Origin: Azolla caroliniana
Taxonomy: Eukaryota; Plantae; Polypodiophyta
Assembly (NCBI GenBank): GCA_043228905.1
Contig: JBHGNT010000007.1
Coordinates: forward strand, 806,001-870,000
DNA length: 64,000 bases
Direction of reading: 5' to 3'
In this document: piece by piece, positions 1 through 11,707 of the stretch
Layout of the letters: each line of letters opens with the position of its first letter
How positions within the stretch are numbered: position 1 is the stretch's first letter
Notes under the pieces: model-generated
Database searches by the model: none
What the model was told of the DNA's origin: nothing
The model's input: only the letters and a program-made list of their open reading frames with translations
Position numbers and translations under genes: made by a program

Positions 1-16
1 AAGCTGACGTCCTCTA

Positions 17-3000
17 TGTTACGAAGGCGCTACGGCTCTTCTGTGTGCACAGAGGATCGTGGTGTGCTGGATCGTTTAGTGCTCAAGACAAAAAAAAAGG
101 AAGGGGAAGGAGGCTTACCTTTGCACAATCCAAAAAGCTTCTACTTCATTACACGCAGAGCTCAACTCGCTCTCGTCTGTTTTCTGTTCTTTCTACTCTC
201 TACACTACTCTCGCTCTTCTCTTACTACTTACTACAACTTACTTTTTACCTAGTACATAAGTGACTTATATATGCAACTAATTAGCTGTCAGTAGCTAAA
301 TAGCTGTAAGTAGCTAAATAGTTGTTTCACCTTTATGTCCATTAGTAGCTAATTAGCTAATAGCTACTATAGCTTTTTCTCAATAAGCATCACATACCTT
401 TGTTGAACTTGCTTCTCAACACTCCCCCTCAAGCTCAACTTATCCTTTCTTGAGGTCATCTTCAATCTTCTTTTCTTCATGCTTTTCAGCTACCATGCCG
501 ATGGTTATAACTCCCATCATGTCTCTAAACTGTGTATGTTTTTCCATGCTCAATCCCTTCGTAAGAATATCAACAACTTGCTGATTTGTACTTACATATA
601 ACAAATCCACTTCTCCATCAATCACTTTTTCTCTAACAAAATGATAATGCACTTCAATGTGCTTTGTTCTTGCATGGAACACTGGGTTTTTTGCCAGCTA
701 AATGCTACTCATATTGTCACACCAAATTGTGATCTTCTGATCTTCTCAGTTTCTGATTTGCATCCTTCATTGCCTTTTCCATACCAGGGATTTTCAGGGA
801 TCCTATACCAAGCTCATCATCCAATGATGTATCTGAATCTACATCTTCCATGTTTCTAGATCCATAATCAAGCATTTCATACTCTGGCATTTTCTGTTTT
901 CCTTTTCTATCATCATAATTTTTGTGTCTTGCATGTTTTCCACTCCATGCATTAGATTCAAATTTACTTCCTGCGCTTCCAGATGGTCCAGTACATTCCA
1001 TTGATGTTGAACTTTGTTGTCCAACATTGCTTCCGTTTCTGTGGTTATCTCTTACATTTTTAGATTTATCCTCACAGTCTTCATCAGTTTCTACATTTTG
1101 TTTTGGGTTGTACCAGCTACCGAACTCATCAAATATTACATCCCAATTTACCACAATCTTTTTTGTGAAAGGGTTATAACATATATACCCTTTTTGCTCC
1201 TCTAAATATCCAACAAAAATACATTTTTTAGCTTTTGGATCAAGCTTATTTCTCACTTCAGCAGGTACATGTACATATGCAAGGCATCCAAACACTTTTA
1301 AGTGTTCTAAACTAGGCTTTCTGCCATAGAAGCATTCTTCAAGAGTTACCTCATGTACTCCAAATGTTATACACCTATTTAGAATGTAGTTTGCTGTGTT
1401 TACACCTTCTGCCCAGAAATACAATGGCATATTTTTTTCTGTCATCATGGCTCTTGCTATGTTCACTAGAGTTCTGTTTTTTCTCTCAGCAACTCCATTT
1501 TGTTGTGGAGTATATCTGCATGTAAACTATCTCCTTATTCCTTGATTGCATAGAAAATCAGAAAACTCATTTGAGAAGTACTCTCCTCCTCCATTAGATC
1601 TTAAGCATTTTATTCTAGTTCCAGCCTGTTTTTCTACCATACATTTGAACTTACGAAAGCAATCAAATAATTCACTTTTTTCTTTCATGAAGTACACCCA
1701 TGTTTTCCTTGAGCAATCATCAATAAATGTTACATAAAATCTGTAGCCACCAATAGATACATTTTGTGTTGGTTCCCATACATCCGTATGTACCAAATCC
1801 AACAGATTTTTACTTACATGTCTTTCATGAGGGAAAGGCAACCTGTTTTGCTTTCCATGTTGGCATGCTTCACATATTTTTCCCATCTCACAATCTTTGA
1901 GCTTAGGCAGTCCAACCACTGCATCTTTCTTCAACATATTTTTCAATGTTTGCATACTTATGTGACCGATTCTTTTATGCCACATTTCCCCTTCTGAGAT
2001 TACACTCATTCCTTCTGTAAACATGGCTGTAATCTTCCTAGCTATATCCACATCTAACACAAACATCCTTCCTTCTCATTTTCCTTTTGTAGTGAGCTTT
2101 CCATTTTTCTCTATGAAGCATCCACTTTGCTTAAACTTCACTTGTATTCCTTGCTCTACTATCTGTCCAACAGAAATCAGATTTTTTGCAAGGTTTGGAT
2201 CATGCATAACATTTAACATACACTTTGTTTTTCCTTTTTCTTCCCACAATGGGATATCTCCAACATGCTCTATTTGCTGAGTAGTATTATCACCTGTCTA
2301 TACATAACCAGGAATATCTGGTTCCCTTAACCTTTCAAACCTGTTTTTATGTCCTGTCATATGATTAGATGCCCCTGAATCTACATACCACATAAACTCT
2401 TCATTGCATCTCTGTGAACATTCAACCATTGTTGTTGTTTCATGTTGCACCACAAATACAACATCTTTATCACAATCTTCACTAGTTGAGGCATAGTTAT
2501 TTTGCTGTCTCTTTCCTTTTCTTTTCATCATTTTGCTTTTTATAACATTCAGCCTGTGTATGGCCTAGTTTTCCACAATACTAGCAGCCATCATCATTCA
2601 AATAGGTTTGCTTACCTCTGCCTCGATTGCTCCCCATGACTCTGATGTTGTTTCTTCCACTAATGGCTTGTTGTCCTCTTCCTTGATAACTATTATTGTT
2701 GGTTCTAGCTGAACCAAATCTTCCATGGCCTCTTCCTCAGCCTCTTCCAACACTATTGTAGAGGGCTTGCCCCTCATTCTCTGCGTTTCCTTTGTTTACA
2801 TCATCCATTTGATTTGTTTCTTCTACCACAAGCATTGAAACCAGATCTGGAAAACTTGGGATACTATCCCTTGTGAGAATAGATGTTTTGAAACTCTTAT
2901 ATTGAGGTCCTAAACCTCTTAAGCATATTTGCACCTTATCATCATCTTCTATCTTCACATTGATAGAAGCAAGTGATTCACATATGCTCTTTATTTTCAG

Positions 3001-3929
3001 AGCATACTCATTCACTAACATCTTACCTTTTTTCCAATGTATTTAGCTTAGTCTTCAACTGGAGCTTTCTTGCCTTTGTATTCACTACAAACAGTCCCAA
3101 GCTTCTTTTGGAAGCATTGCATCCTGTATGTGTCCAAGAATCGAATCTGAGATGCTAAGTGACAACCAATGCAATACCTTTCTTGACCCTTGGTTCCATT
3201 CCTTAAATGCTTTAATATGTGCAACAGATGCATTTTTTTCAGGGATCTCTAGAGCCTCTTCTAGGTCTCCTTCAATATAATCCTAGTATCCTTTCCCCAT
3301 AAGGAAGTTTGTCATTCTCAATTTCCACGCCGGGAAATTGTTTTTATCCAATTTCTCTGTGACTATTTGGATTGCATTCTCTGTAGCCATTTTCTCTTTC
3401 AACTAGGGTTAACTTCACAGACAACTCTCTCTCTGATTCAGATAAGCAAGCAGAGAACCAACCTTTCTCAGATCTGTACTGTTCTAATCTTCTTTACGAG
3501 CAACTCAGCTCTGATATCATGTTACGAAGGCGCTACGGCTCTTCTGTGTGCATAGTGGATTGTGGTGTGCTGGATCGTTCAGTGCTCAAGACAAAAAAAA
3601 AGGAAGGAGGTTTACCTCTGCACAGTCCAAAAAGCTTCTACTTCATTACACGTAGAGCTCAACTCGCTCTCGTTTGTTTTCTGTTTTTTCTATTCTTTCT
3701 AGTCTCTGCACTACTTTCGCTCTTCTCTTACTACTTAGTACAACTTACTTTTTACCTAAGTACATAAGTGACTCATATATGCAGCTAATTAGCTGTGTGT
3801 AGCTAAATAGTTGTGCATAGCTAAATAGTTGTTTCACCTTTATGTCCACTAGTAGCTAATTAGCTAATAGCTACTATAGCTTATTTCTCAATAAGCATCA
3901 CATACCTTTGTTGAGCTTGCTTCTCAACA
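17..3929 (-). mobile_element. Ty1/Copia LTR retrotransposon, intact ends, RT internally deleted (non-autonomous)
   Basis: LTRs 17-421 and 3520-3929 (TG..CA); 5-bp TSD CTCTA at 12-16 and 3930-3934; iMet-type PBS (TGATATCAGAGC, 1 mismatch) next to 3520; PPT at 422-429. Broken minus-strand ORFs: gag (2737-3021), protease WYVDSGASNHM (2298-2531), GAG-pre-integrase/integrase (1527-2066, 717-1466), RNase H tail HARTKHIEVHYHF (440-682). Confidence 0.93.
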
Positions 3930-3967
3930 CTCTAGAAGAAGATTAGCGTAATGTTCGAAAACAAGAA

Positions 3968-4408
3968 TGTTGTCTGCCAGAATAGTAACCGACGGCCAAA
4001 AGCGTAGGAATAAGAAACTATATAAAGCGTAACGTATGTAACGGTTCACGCGGGGAAGCGTGAACGGCTAATTAGACCCTGCATATATAAAGGGCAGAAA
4101 ACCTCTTAAGGAGGTGCGTGTAAATTTTGGGAAATGTAAAAGAACGCCTGATAATAGAATACTATCTTCTCTGAGTTTCTGTGTATAGCTACGACTAATT
4201 CAGTGTCTGTGTCTCGGATACGTAAACGTAGTAGTACGTAAGCGCAACCTGTGATAAGGAGTCGGTTGTAGCCGTCTCCCCTTACACACGAAGGAATCAC
4301 AGAGGTTCTCTCCTTACGCAGTAAGCTTAAGCTCTGTTCGTTGTTCCACACCCACCTTGGGGTCTAGGTCGAAGGACTGACCACGAACCGTGTTCCTAAG
4401 AGGCAACA
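3968..4408. mobile_element. Solo LTR (441 bp)
   Basis: TGTTGTCT..GAGGCAACA termini; TSD AAGAA at 3963-3967 and 4409-4413; interrupts a Copia gag that reads ..FENK|N..RLLVFRK; TATA-like TATATAAA inside. Confidence 0.85.
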
Positions 4409-5865
4409 AAGAACGCCGACTCTTAGTTTTTAGAAAGATTGTAAGACTCCAATATCAAGATAGCTCCAACATGGCGGAGTATATTAATGCCTTCCAAGGA
4501 TTGATGAACCAAATGACCTCTCTAGATGTACCTCTTGTCAATGAGTTATTAGCTTTATTCTTGCTCAGATTCCTTCCAAACAGATTGGAGACGCTTGTTG
4601 TCACATTGGGCAACGCCGGGCTAGAAGGGAAGCATCTATCGCTAGAGTAGGTGAAGTCGAGCTTACTAAATGAGGAAGCTCGCCGGAAGGACCGAGAGTC
4701 CAATACCGACACGAAGGCCCTTGTCACAAAAAATGACATGAATTGAGGAAGAGGCCGAAATTGAAGTCCCTAGAATCGAGATAAGTCGGTGACAAGGTCA
4801 AAGTCGAGGGGAAGGCCCACATGTTTCTATTGTGGGAAGCCGAGGCAATTTCAAAAGTGCTTCTCATCATACAAAGATGGAGACCACGGTCTTCTAAAGA
4901 TGGGGAATGAAGGAGCATGTCGAATCGTCGGCATTGGAAATGTGTGTCTAGTAACGTCAACCGGGTGTAGACTTGTATTGAGAGATGTTTGATACATCCC
5001 GAAAGTCTGATTGAATCTGGTATCAGCCAGTCGGCTAGATGATGAAGGCTACATGGATAGCATCTGGAACGATGTCATGAAGGTCTGCAAGGGGATCCTG
5101 ATTGTGGTTCGATCCTAGAAAACCAGCACACTATACATAATGAATGCTCAATTATGCCGAAATGAGGTAAACGTGGCAGCTGACACAACCAGTGAGATGT
5201 GGCATAAGAGGTTGTGCCACATGAACTAGAAGGGAATGTAGATTCTAGCTAAGAAAGACCTCCTGCTGGAGATGAAGAAAGTGCATCTCGACAATTGTGC
5301 TAATTGCTTGGCCGACAAACAGAATAGAGCCGCGTTCTGACCAAGGCCTCGGATTTGGAGGAAAACTGTCTTGGAATTTGTACGTGCACCAATGTATGCT
5401 ATGTAGATGCAAAGTCTCGTTCTGGTGGACAATAATTTGTTACCTTCATTGATGATCACAGTCGTAAGTTGTGGGCTTACGTGCTGAAGATGAAGGATCA
5501 AGTACTACATGTTTTCAAGGAGTTCCAAGGAAGAGCCGAGAGAGAAATCGGTCGAAAATTGAAGGTGGTTCGAACAGACAATGGCGGTGAATACCGAGGG
5601 TAATTCGAAGAGTACTGCCGAACTCAAGGAATTTGGCTAGAGTACACAATGCCAAAGACACTGGAACTAAAATGTGATGGCCAAGCGAATGAACCAGACT
5701 ATCATGGAGAGAGTTTGATGTATGTTGGCACACACAAAATTGTCGGAGATATACTGGGCCGAGGCACTGATCACAACCGTTCATGTGATAAACAGGTCTC
5801 CCTCGGTCCCACTAGAAGGTCACATACCACAAAGGGTATGGTCCAACAAAGATGTGTCATATGGC
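4409..5865 (+). pseudogene. Degenerate Tork/Tnt1-like Copia gag-pol (host of the two insertions above; also 1-16 and 3935-3967)
   Basis: VFRKIVRLQYQD..MAEYINAFQ gag, CFYCGKP knuckle, GNEGACRIVGIG, integrase remnants; clearly homologous to ORFs 43778-44215 and 52133-54679; many stops and frameshifts. Confidence 0.85.
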
Positions 5866-5989
5866 CGTGTATATGGCCTTCTGTAGCCTCGACTGCCATA
5901 TACTCGGAATTGTCGGCTTCTGCTACGGCCATATACTCGAGGCTGTGTCAAACCGAGTATATGGCCGTAGCAGAAGACGATAATTCCGA

Positions 5990-6950
5990 ATGCATGGATT
6001 GATAAGTAAGACACAAGTGTTTTGTATGTTTAAGATATCAAAGAATTCTTTTTTAAGTGTTTGCCAATGTTTAGGACTAGGGTTCATCATAAAGCATGAT
6101 AATTGTCCAGTACTGAAACATAGATCTGGTTTGGTGCTATTGACTAGATATCGTATGGAGCTTATTACTTTTCTATAGGGGATGCTTTTTATTTTGGTTT
6201 CTTCTATTGGTGATTTTGGCTTATCTTCAATGGACAATTTAAATGTGGTAGATATGGGTTTGCAGTGTTACATGTCAAAATGTTTTAGAAGATCATCGAT
6301 GTATTGAGATTGTGAGAGTGATATTTGTCCTAATCTTGTATTTTGTTTGACTTCTATTCCTAGAAAGTAGGTCATGGGTCCAAGATCGGTAATTGGAAAT
6401 GCTGATTTGAGCTTTGATGGTTGATTCATTGTGATTTGCAGAAATTGATGAAGTCTTTTGAGTGGTATTCCCCTCCTTCGATTTGTAAGAGTTGAAGTTT
6501 GTGGTTAGTTAAATTTTCAACAAGAAGAAGGTAATTCTTGAATGCAAATAGAGCTCGATCTTTAGTTTTTAAGAAAGTACGAACAATGAATTTATTATAG
6601 TCATCGATAACGCTTATGACGTATAATGATCCAAGTCTCATGGATTTTGTAGGAAAGGGGCCACAGAGATCATTGTGGAGAAGTTGTAGTGGTCGACTAC
6701 TTGTGGTTTGCTAACATGGAAAGGGATGTTGGGGCATTTTTCCTAGAATGCACCCTTTTTTGTAGATTTTCAGATCTGTGGGATGGGCTTTTGGAAGGCC
6801 TAATGTTATGTTATGTAGTTGGCATATTTTTTATTGCTTGTAGATGTGTGTCTGCGACTCAATGGTGCCACAAATTTATTAGGGCAGACTGTTCGTTTGT
6901 TGAGGTATAATGTGCTTCTAGTATGATGGTTGTGGGTGATGGTTGTGGGT
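5990..6950 (-). pseudogene. Degenerate Copia pol fragments (integrase, RT C-terminus), similar to the 48001-58522 family
   Basis: YVISVIDDYNKF..EGGEYHS (6426-6641); DLGPMTYFLG-type DNA and PYRKVISSIRYLVNSTKPDLCFSTG (5923-6237) match RT at 56902-58245. Confidence 0.75.
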
Positions 6951-7402
6951 GTGCTTACATACATACGAATACATACATGTATATATATACGTGAGAATAC
7001 ATGCTTACAAGTTACATACATACGAATCCATAACCCTAGGCTACTAGGCATCTCTAGAGTCTAGACAATAGACCAGAGAGAGAGAGGGAGAGAGGGAGAG
7101 AAAGAGCAGCCTTTGTGTATGTATTTTGAATTGAATTGAAAAGCTAAGCGTCTGCAGAGTAATAGGGATTTGATGAGCATAGCCCACCCCAAGGCTAAAA
7201 GAACCATCGCGAGAGCCAGTCAATCATCGTCCCAATTTTAGAACGCAGAAAATACAGAGAAAATAGAGAGTTAGCCACCATATCCTCGCCTGAATTTGTT
7301 AAAGACTCAAAGAAAGAAATTGATGTCCTAATGGAAACAGAAAGAGTGGGGGTGCCATTACACATTTTGATTGAGCCTTTGCATTTCCATGTTAAGATAG
7401 AA

Positions 7403-7687
7403 TTAAAGCAGAAAAAGCAGCAACCCAACAACAGAAAAAGCAGCAGTACTAGTACCAATAATTGCACTTAGTCCTGCAATAACAGTGGGGGCTGCATTTA
7501 CTGCGGCTTCCACTGCGCGTGCCCCCGCGTCCGCCACTTCCGGAACATCCTCCGGAACCTCCACTTTCTCCATGTCAACTCTCTTCTTCACATATTCGGT
7601 GGCCCTGTATTCCTTGGCTTCAGAGGCCATCATCGATTGGGAGAGTGGCAGCAGAAGCAGAAGCAGAAGCATGGCCATCTTCTTCAT
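7403..7687 (-). CDS. Small 94-aa secreted/membrane-anchored protein (signal peptide, acidic linker, hydrophobic C-terminus; possible GPI anchor)
   Basis: MKKMAMLLLLLLLPLSQSMMA signal-like N-terminus; C-terminus VIAGLSAIIGTSTAAFSVVGLLLFLL; GC-richer than flanks; TATA box ~70 nt upstream; no TE motifs. Confidence 0.65.
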   Translation of the reverse strand: MKKMAMLLLLLLLPLSQSMMASEAKEYRATEYVKKRVDMEKVEVPEDVPEVADAGARAVEAAVNAAPTVIAGLSAIIGTSTAAFSVVGLLLFLL

Positions 7688-7758
7688 GGTGGGTGGGTTT
7701 TGATTTTGTGTTGGCCAATGGAGGAGGAGTCATGGAACTAACACAAGAAAGGAGACAT

Positions 7759-7768
7759 GTATTTATAG
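7759..7768 (-). promoter_or_regulatory. TATA box (CTATAAATAC) of the small secreted-protein gene
   Basis: Canonical plant TATA on the minus strand, ~70 nt before ATG 7687. Confidence 0.55.
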
Positions 7769-7899
7769 TCATGGAGGGAGACAGGGGGGGAGGAGGCAAC
7801 AAGAGTGAAAGAAATGGAAAATTCTTTCACAATTTTGTTACTCATGATATTGGATATTTCGACGGACATGAGGGGGGTGATACTCTATTGATTGATGCA

Positions 7900-9792
7900 A
7901 CCTTACCAATCTAGCCTCATATGAATCCTTACTTTGTGATTCATACTCATGTCGTTTACCAATCATTTTGTGGGTCGTTGGCGATATTTAATATCCGATA
8001 TTCGACCACGTCTCTAATCTATACTTTGTGATTTATGCTCCTGCCCAAGTAAGAGGAGACCTTGGGTCATACCTGACGGAGTCAAGAGGAAAAGAAGAGG
8101 TATAATCACTCCTCAAAATTAAGACACGTCACTCTTTTTTCTTTCTCAAGGAGTCTAGAGGAAAAAAATATGTATAATAACTCCTCAAAATTATGACAAT
8201 TCACTCTTTTTTGTTTCTCAAGGGGTCAAGACGAAAAGAACAGGTATAATCACTCCTCAAATTTAAGACAATTCACTCTTTCTTGTTTCAGAAGGGGTCA
8301 AGGGCAAAATAAGAGGTATTTTCACGCCAGCTAGTAAGTACCCCAATTCACTTTTGAGCTACATTAACTTGAGCAGGTAAGGACTAAAATTTGTTCTTAA
8401 GAGGAAAAAAGAGAGGTATATTCACTCATAAGGTGCATAATTTACTCTTTTTTGTTTCAATAGGTTATCATGAAATGATATCAACAAAAATTTCCAACTT
8501 TACTTGTAAACAAACATACAAATAAAACCACCAAGCTAAACTAGTATCCCATCCTTAGCCATTGATACTCTTGCCAACCAAGAGCAAACCTTGGTACCTA
8601 TCTTAACAATGTCATTGTCTCCCAAGCTAAGAAAACAAGTGTTATATTCAATCCAACACCTAATTAACACAATTAGGTCACAGTAGCACGGAGATGCATA
8701 ATGCAAGTTAATTTTAAATATCACAATTAACCCATTTATGTTTCAAAACGTTGTCTTTTAGCAATCATCCAAAGATGGGCATTATGTGCGTGGTTAATAA
8801 TATTCAATCTCATTTTATTCAGTTTCTAGAATAGCCAACAAAACCACCTTTGGCATCCTAAGATTGTGATTGCTACTCAGGCCTAGTACAAGGAGACCTA
8901 GGGACCTACCTTCATGATTCACTCTTTTTGTTTCTCAAGTTTGGGAAGAGGTATATTCACTCCAAAACATAAGTAACACATGTAGTCCTTGAGAAAAAGA
9001 ACTTAGAGGCATCTTCTTGCAATAATTGTCATGATTCATTGCTTTGGTTTTGAGAGGTTATAATTTTTAACAATTGTTCGATACATGGGCATTATATCAT
9101 CGTTTAGGCAATATCACATGTCAATTTATTCACTTTTAGAATAGCCAACAAAACAACCTTTGGCTTCCTAACTTTATGATTGCTACTCAAACCAATAAAA
9201 AAGAGACCTTGCCACCTACCTTCACAATTTGTTTCACAATGTGGGAAGAGGAAAAGAAGAGGTATATTCACTACAAAACATAAGTAACACATATTATAGT
9301 TCTTGGGGAAAAGAAAGAGATACATTCACATTCTCACGATAAGTGGCACCATTCACTCTTTCTGTTGCAAAAGGTTGTCATTTTTAACAATAGTTCCAAG
9401 CGTGGGCACTATATCATCGGTTGGCCAATATTGGATGTCACTTTAGTCACTTTATAGAATAACTAACAAAACCAGATTTGGCATCTTAATTTTGTGATTG
9501 CTACTCATGCCAGGTACAAACAGACCTTGCTAGTACCTACCTTTATGATTCAATCTCCTTGTTTCTCAAGGTGGGAAGAGCAAAAGAAGAGGTATATTCA
9601 CTCCAAAACATAAGTAATATATGCTGTTCTTGAGGAGAAGAAAGGGTAAATCCATATTCTCGTGATAAATGTCACGATTCACTACTTTTATTTCAAACAG
9701 TTATGGTTTTTAACAATAGTTCAACACATGGGCATTATATCATCGGTTGGCCAATATTGGATGTCACTTTCGTCACTTTATAGAATAGCTAT
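7900..9792 (+). repeat. Degenerate tandem array: 72-bp subunits (8080-8330) plus ~320-bp monomers; inverted homolog of 60830-63540
   Basis: AAGAGGAAAAGAAGAGGTATAATCACTCC at ~72-bp spacing; GGGCA(T/C)TAT landmark at ~8777, 9087, 9404 and 9730. Confidence 0.85.
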
Positions 9793-9922
9793 TTGATATT
9801 ACGATTCTTTTAATATATGCACATGAGGTCACGTGTATACGTATTTGATCGTATATATCTGATAAATATACATATGCATATATCAGTTATTACGTGATTT
9901 CTGTATCGTATGTGTATATTCG

Positions 9923-10133
9923 GGGAAAGGATCTTGGTGGCCGTCCTCACATTTTATTGAGAATGGTGTAGTCACCATCCTTTTTTCAACAAATTTTTTT
10001 GTTGACATCCTCGTTGATCACTTCGATTTCTTTACGTAATGAAACGATCATAGCCACAATGATATTAAGAACATAGGGCTTGACCCACTTCATGTGAGGT
10101 CACTCCTATGACACACATATCCAACATCCCTCC
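9923..10133. mobile_element. Possible short MITE
   Basis: Imperfect terminal inverted repeats GGGAAAGGATCTTGG / CCAACATCCCTCCC and inverted internal CCTCACAT/ATGTGAGG; no clear TSD. Confidence 0.25.
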
Positions 10134-10450
10134 CTCATTACATGGATACGATGCCACCATGAGATCATTCTTACGAAAGGCATTCGTAATGACGTAACCA
10201 TGTGATGGGCCACGTGGGCCTACTCCAAAAAGAGGGCTTATTTGTCTTGACTATTAGGTTGCACTTTGTTGTATGCCATCGTAATTATGAGACTTGAGGT
10301 TAGGTAACATACCAACATAGTTTGTGGTAAATGAGAGGGAAATAAGGACTCTTGACATATATGTTTCTTTAAAAAAACATATATTGGCAAATGCCTCGCA
10401 TATCTCTTATACTTATAAAACGTTAAACATTCAACGTGAGCAATCTATTT

Positions 10451-10512
10451 GGTTAGCTCAAGTGTTTAATGCATTTGTTCTTGAGGTCTAGGTCTCGAGT
10501 TCAAATATGACC
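10451..10512 (+). other. tRNA-derived (SINE-like) remnant
   Basis: A-box-like GGTTAGCTCAAGTG and B-box-like GAGTTCAAAT at tRNA-like spacing; no intact cloverleaf. Confidence 0.3.
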
Positions 10513-11376
10513 AAGACCATACAACATTGTTGATACATACGACTATAATACATGTTTAGACTTTAGGTCTAAGTGCACTTCGGGGTCCTCATAATAGAAC
10601 TTAAAGAGTCGAAACCACATACGTGGGCACATAAACATAATTCATTGTTAACATTTTTTTTTCGTATATAAACTCTTCATGATGCGAACATATATGGTTG
10701 AGCCTCGGGGAGCCGCCATGAAAAAATCGATATAGAGATCAGGGAAAGACATTCATTTGTCACACCCATGGTTTTTAAAACACCTTTGTGTTACCATAGT
10801 GACCAAATCTTGAACCTCATCTCATACGTCTAGAGGGGTATTGACGTGAGATCATGACATCGATTAATGTTGGCCCATGATATGTTTATATCACGACATG
10901 ATGGTATGACTATTTGTATGACCTTATCCTATTTCTTTGCCAGAAATTATCATTCAATAACTCATAAAAATGACCCGATGCCATCCGCTCAAGCGGAAGG
11001 AACTCAAGAAAATCCTCCTGGGCCAATCTCCATTGAGTCATATTTCTTACAAATACAAAATTTCCTTAGTTGAACTGCTCATCAGATGTCTGAACTTCAG
11101 GAATCTCAAAGTCTCGAGGCATGTGTCATTAGTTTATAACGTGACACTAATAGACCCAATGAGCGTCAGGGTGAACCATCATTTGTCGTAAAGCTATTTA
11201 CGAGAGAAAGAAAGGAATGAACCGAAGAAGCAATCTGCACGTAGCTGTCATGAACAGTACTGAGACAGAGAAGGAATTAGTACTAAACGAAGGATTAGTA
11301 CTAAACGAAGGATTAGTACTATGAGAGGTGTGGAACTTCTTCGAGAGAAGGAAGAAGTGAGCGAGACAGAGAGAAA

Positions 11377-11417
<41 letters not shown>

Positions 11418-11707
11418 TGATGATAAGAAAGATATTTATTATATGAAGAGAATATACAACGGTGGCTAAAAGGCTTAAGTCTGGCGTTGAACCAATTTGG
11501 TTCAACATAATGCCTAGTGCCCTCTTTTATAGTGTTTTCAGGAGTAATCCTGAAGCTTCTAGAATGTTCCAGAGAAATCTGGAATATACACTAATTTCCT
11601 ATAATAAAATGTAAATGAAAATAATATCCTACGTATTACAATAGATGGTCTAATGGTCAAGAGCTCGACCCATATAACCTAAGGTCATGGGTTTGAGTCT
11701 TGCCATA

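Noticed and set aside
9793-10960. 5' LTR of the 10960-21495 Gypsy
   Set aside because: No similarity to the 3' LTR at 21047-21495 and no PBS found.
11643-11706. Functional tRNA gene
   Set aside because: No complete acceptor or anticodon stems; kept only as a tRNA-like LTR segment.
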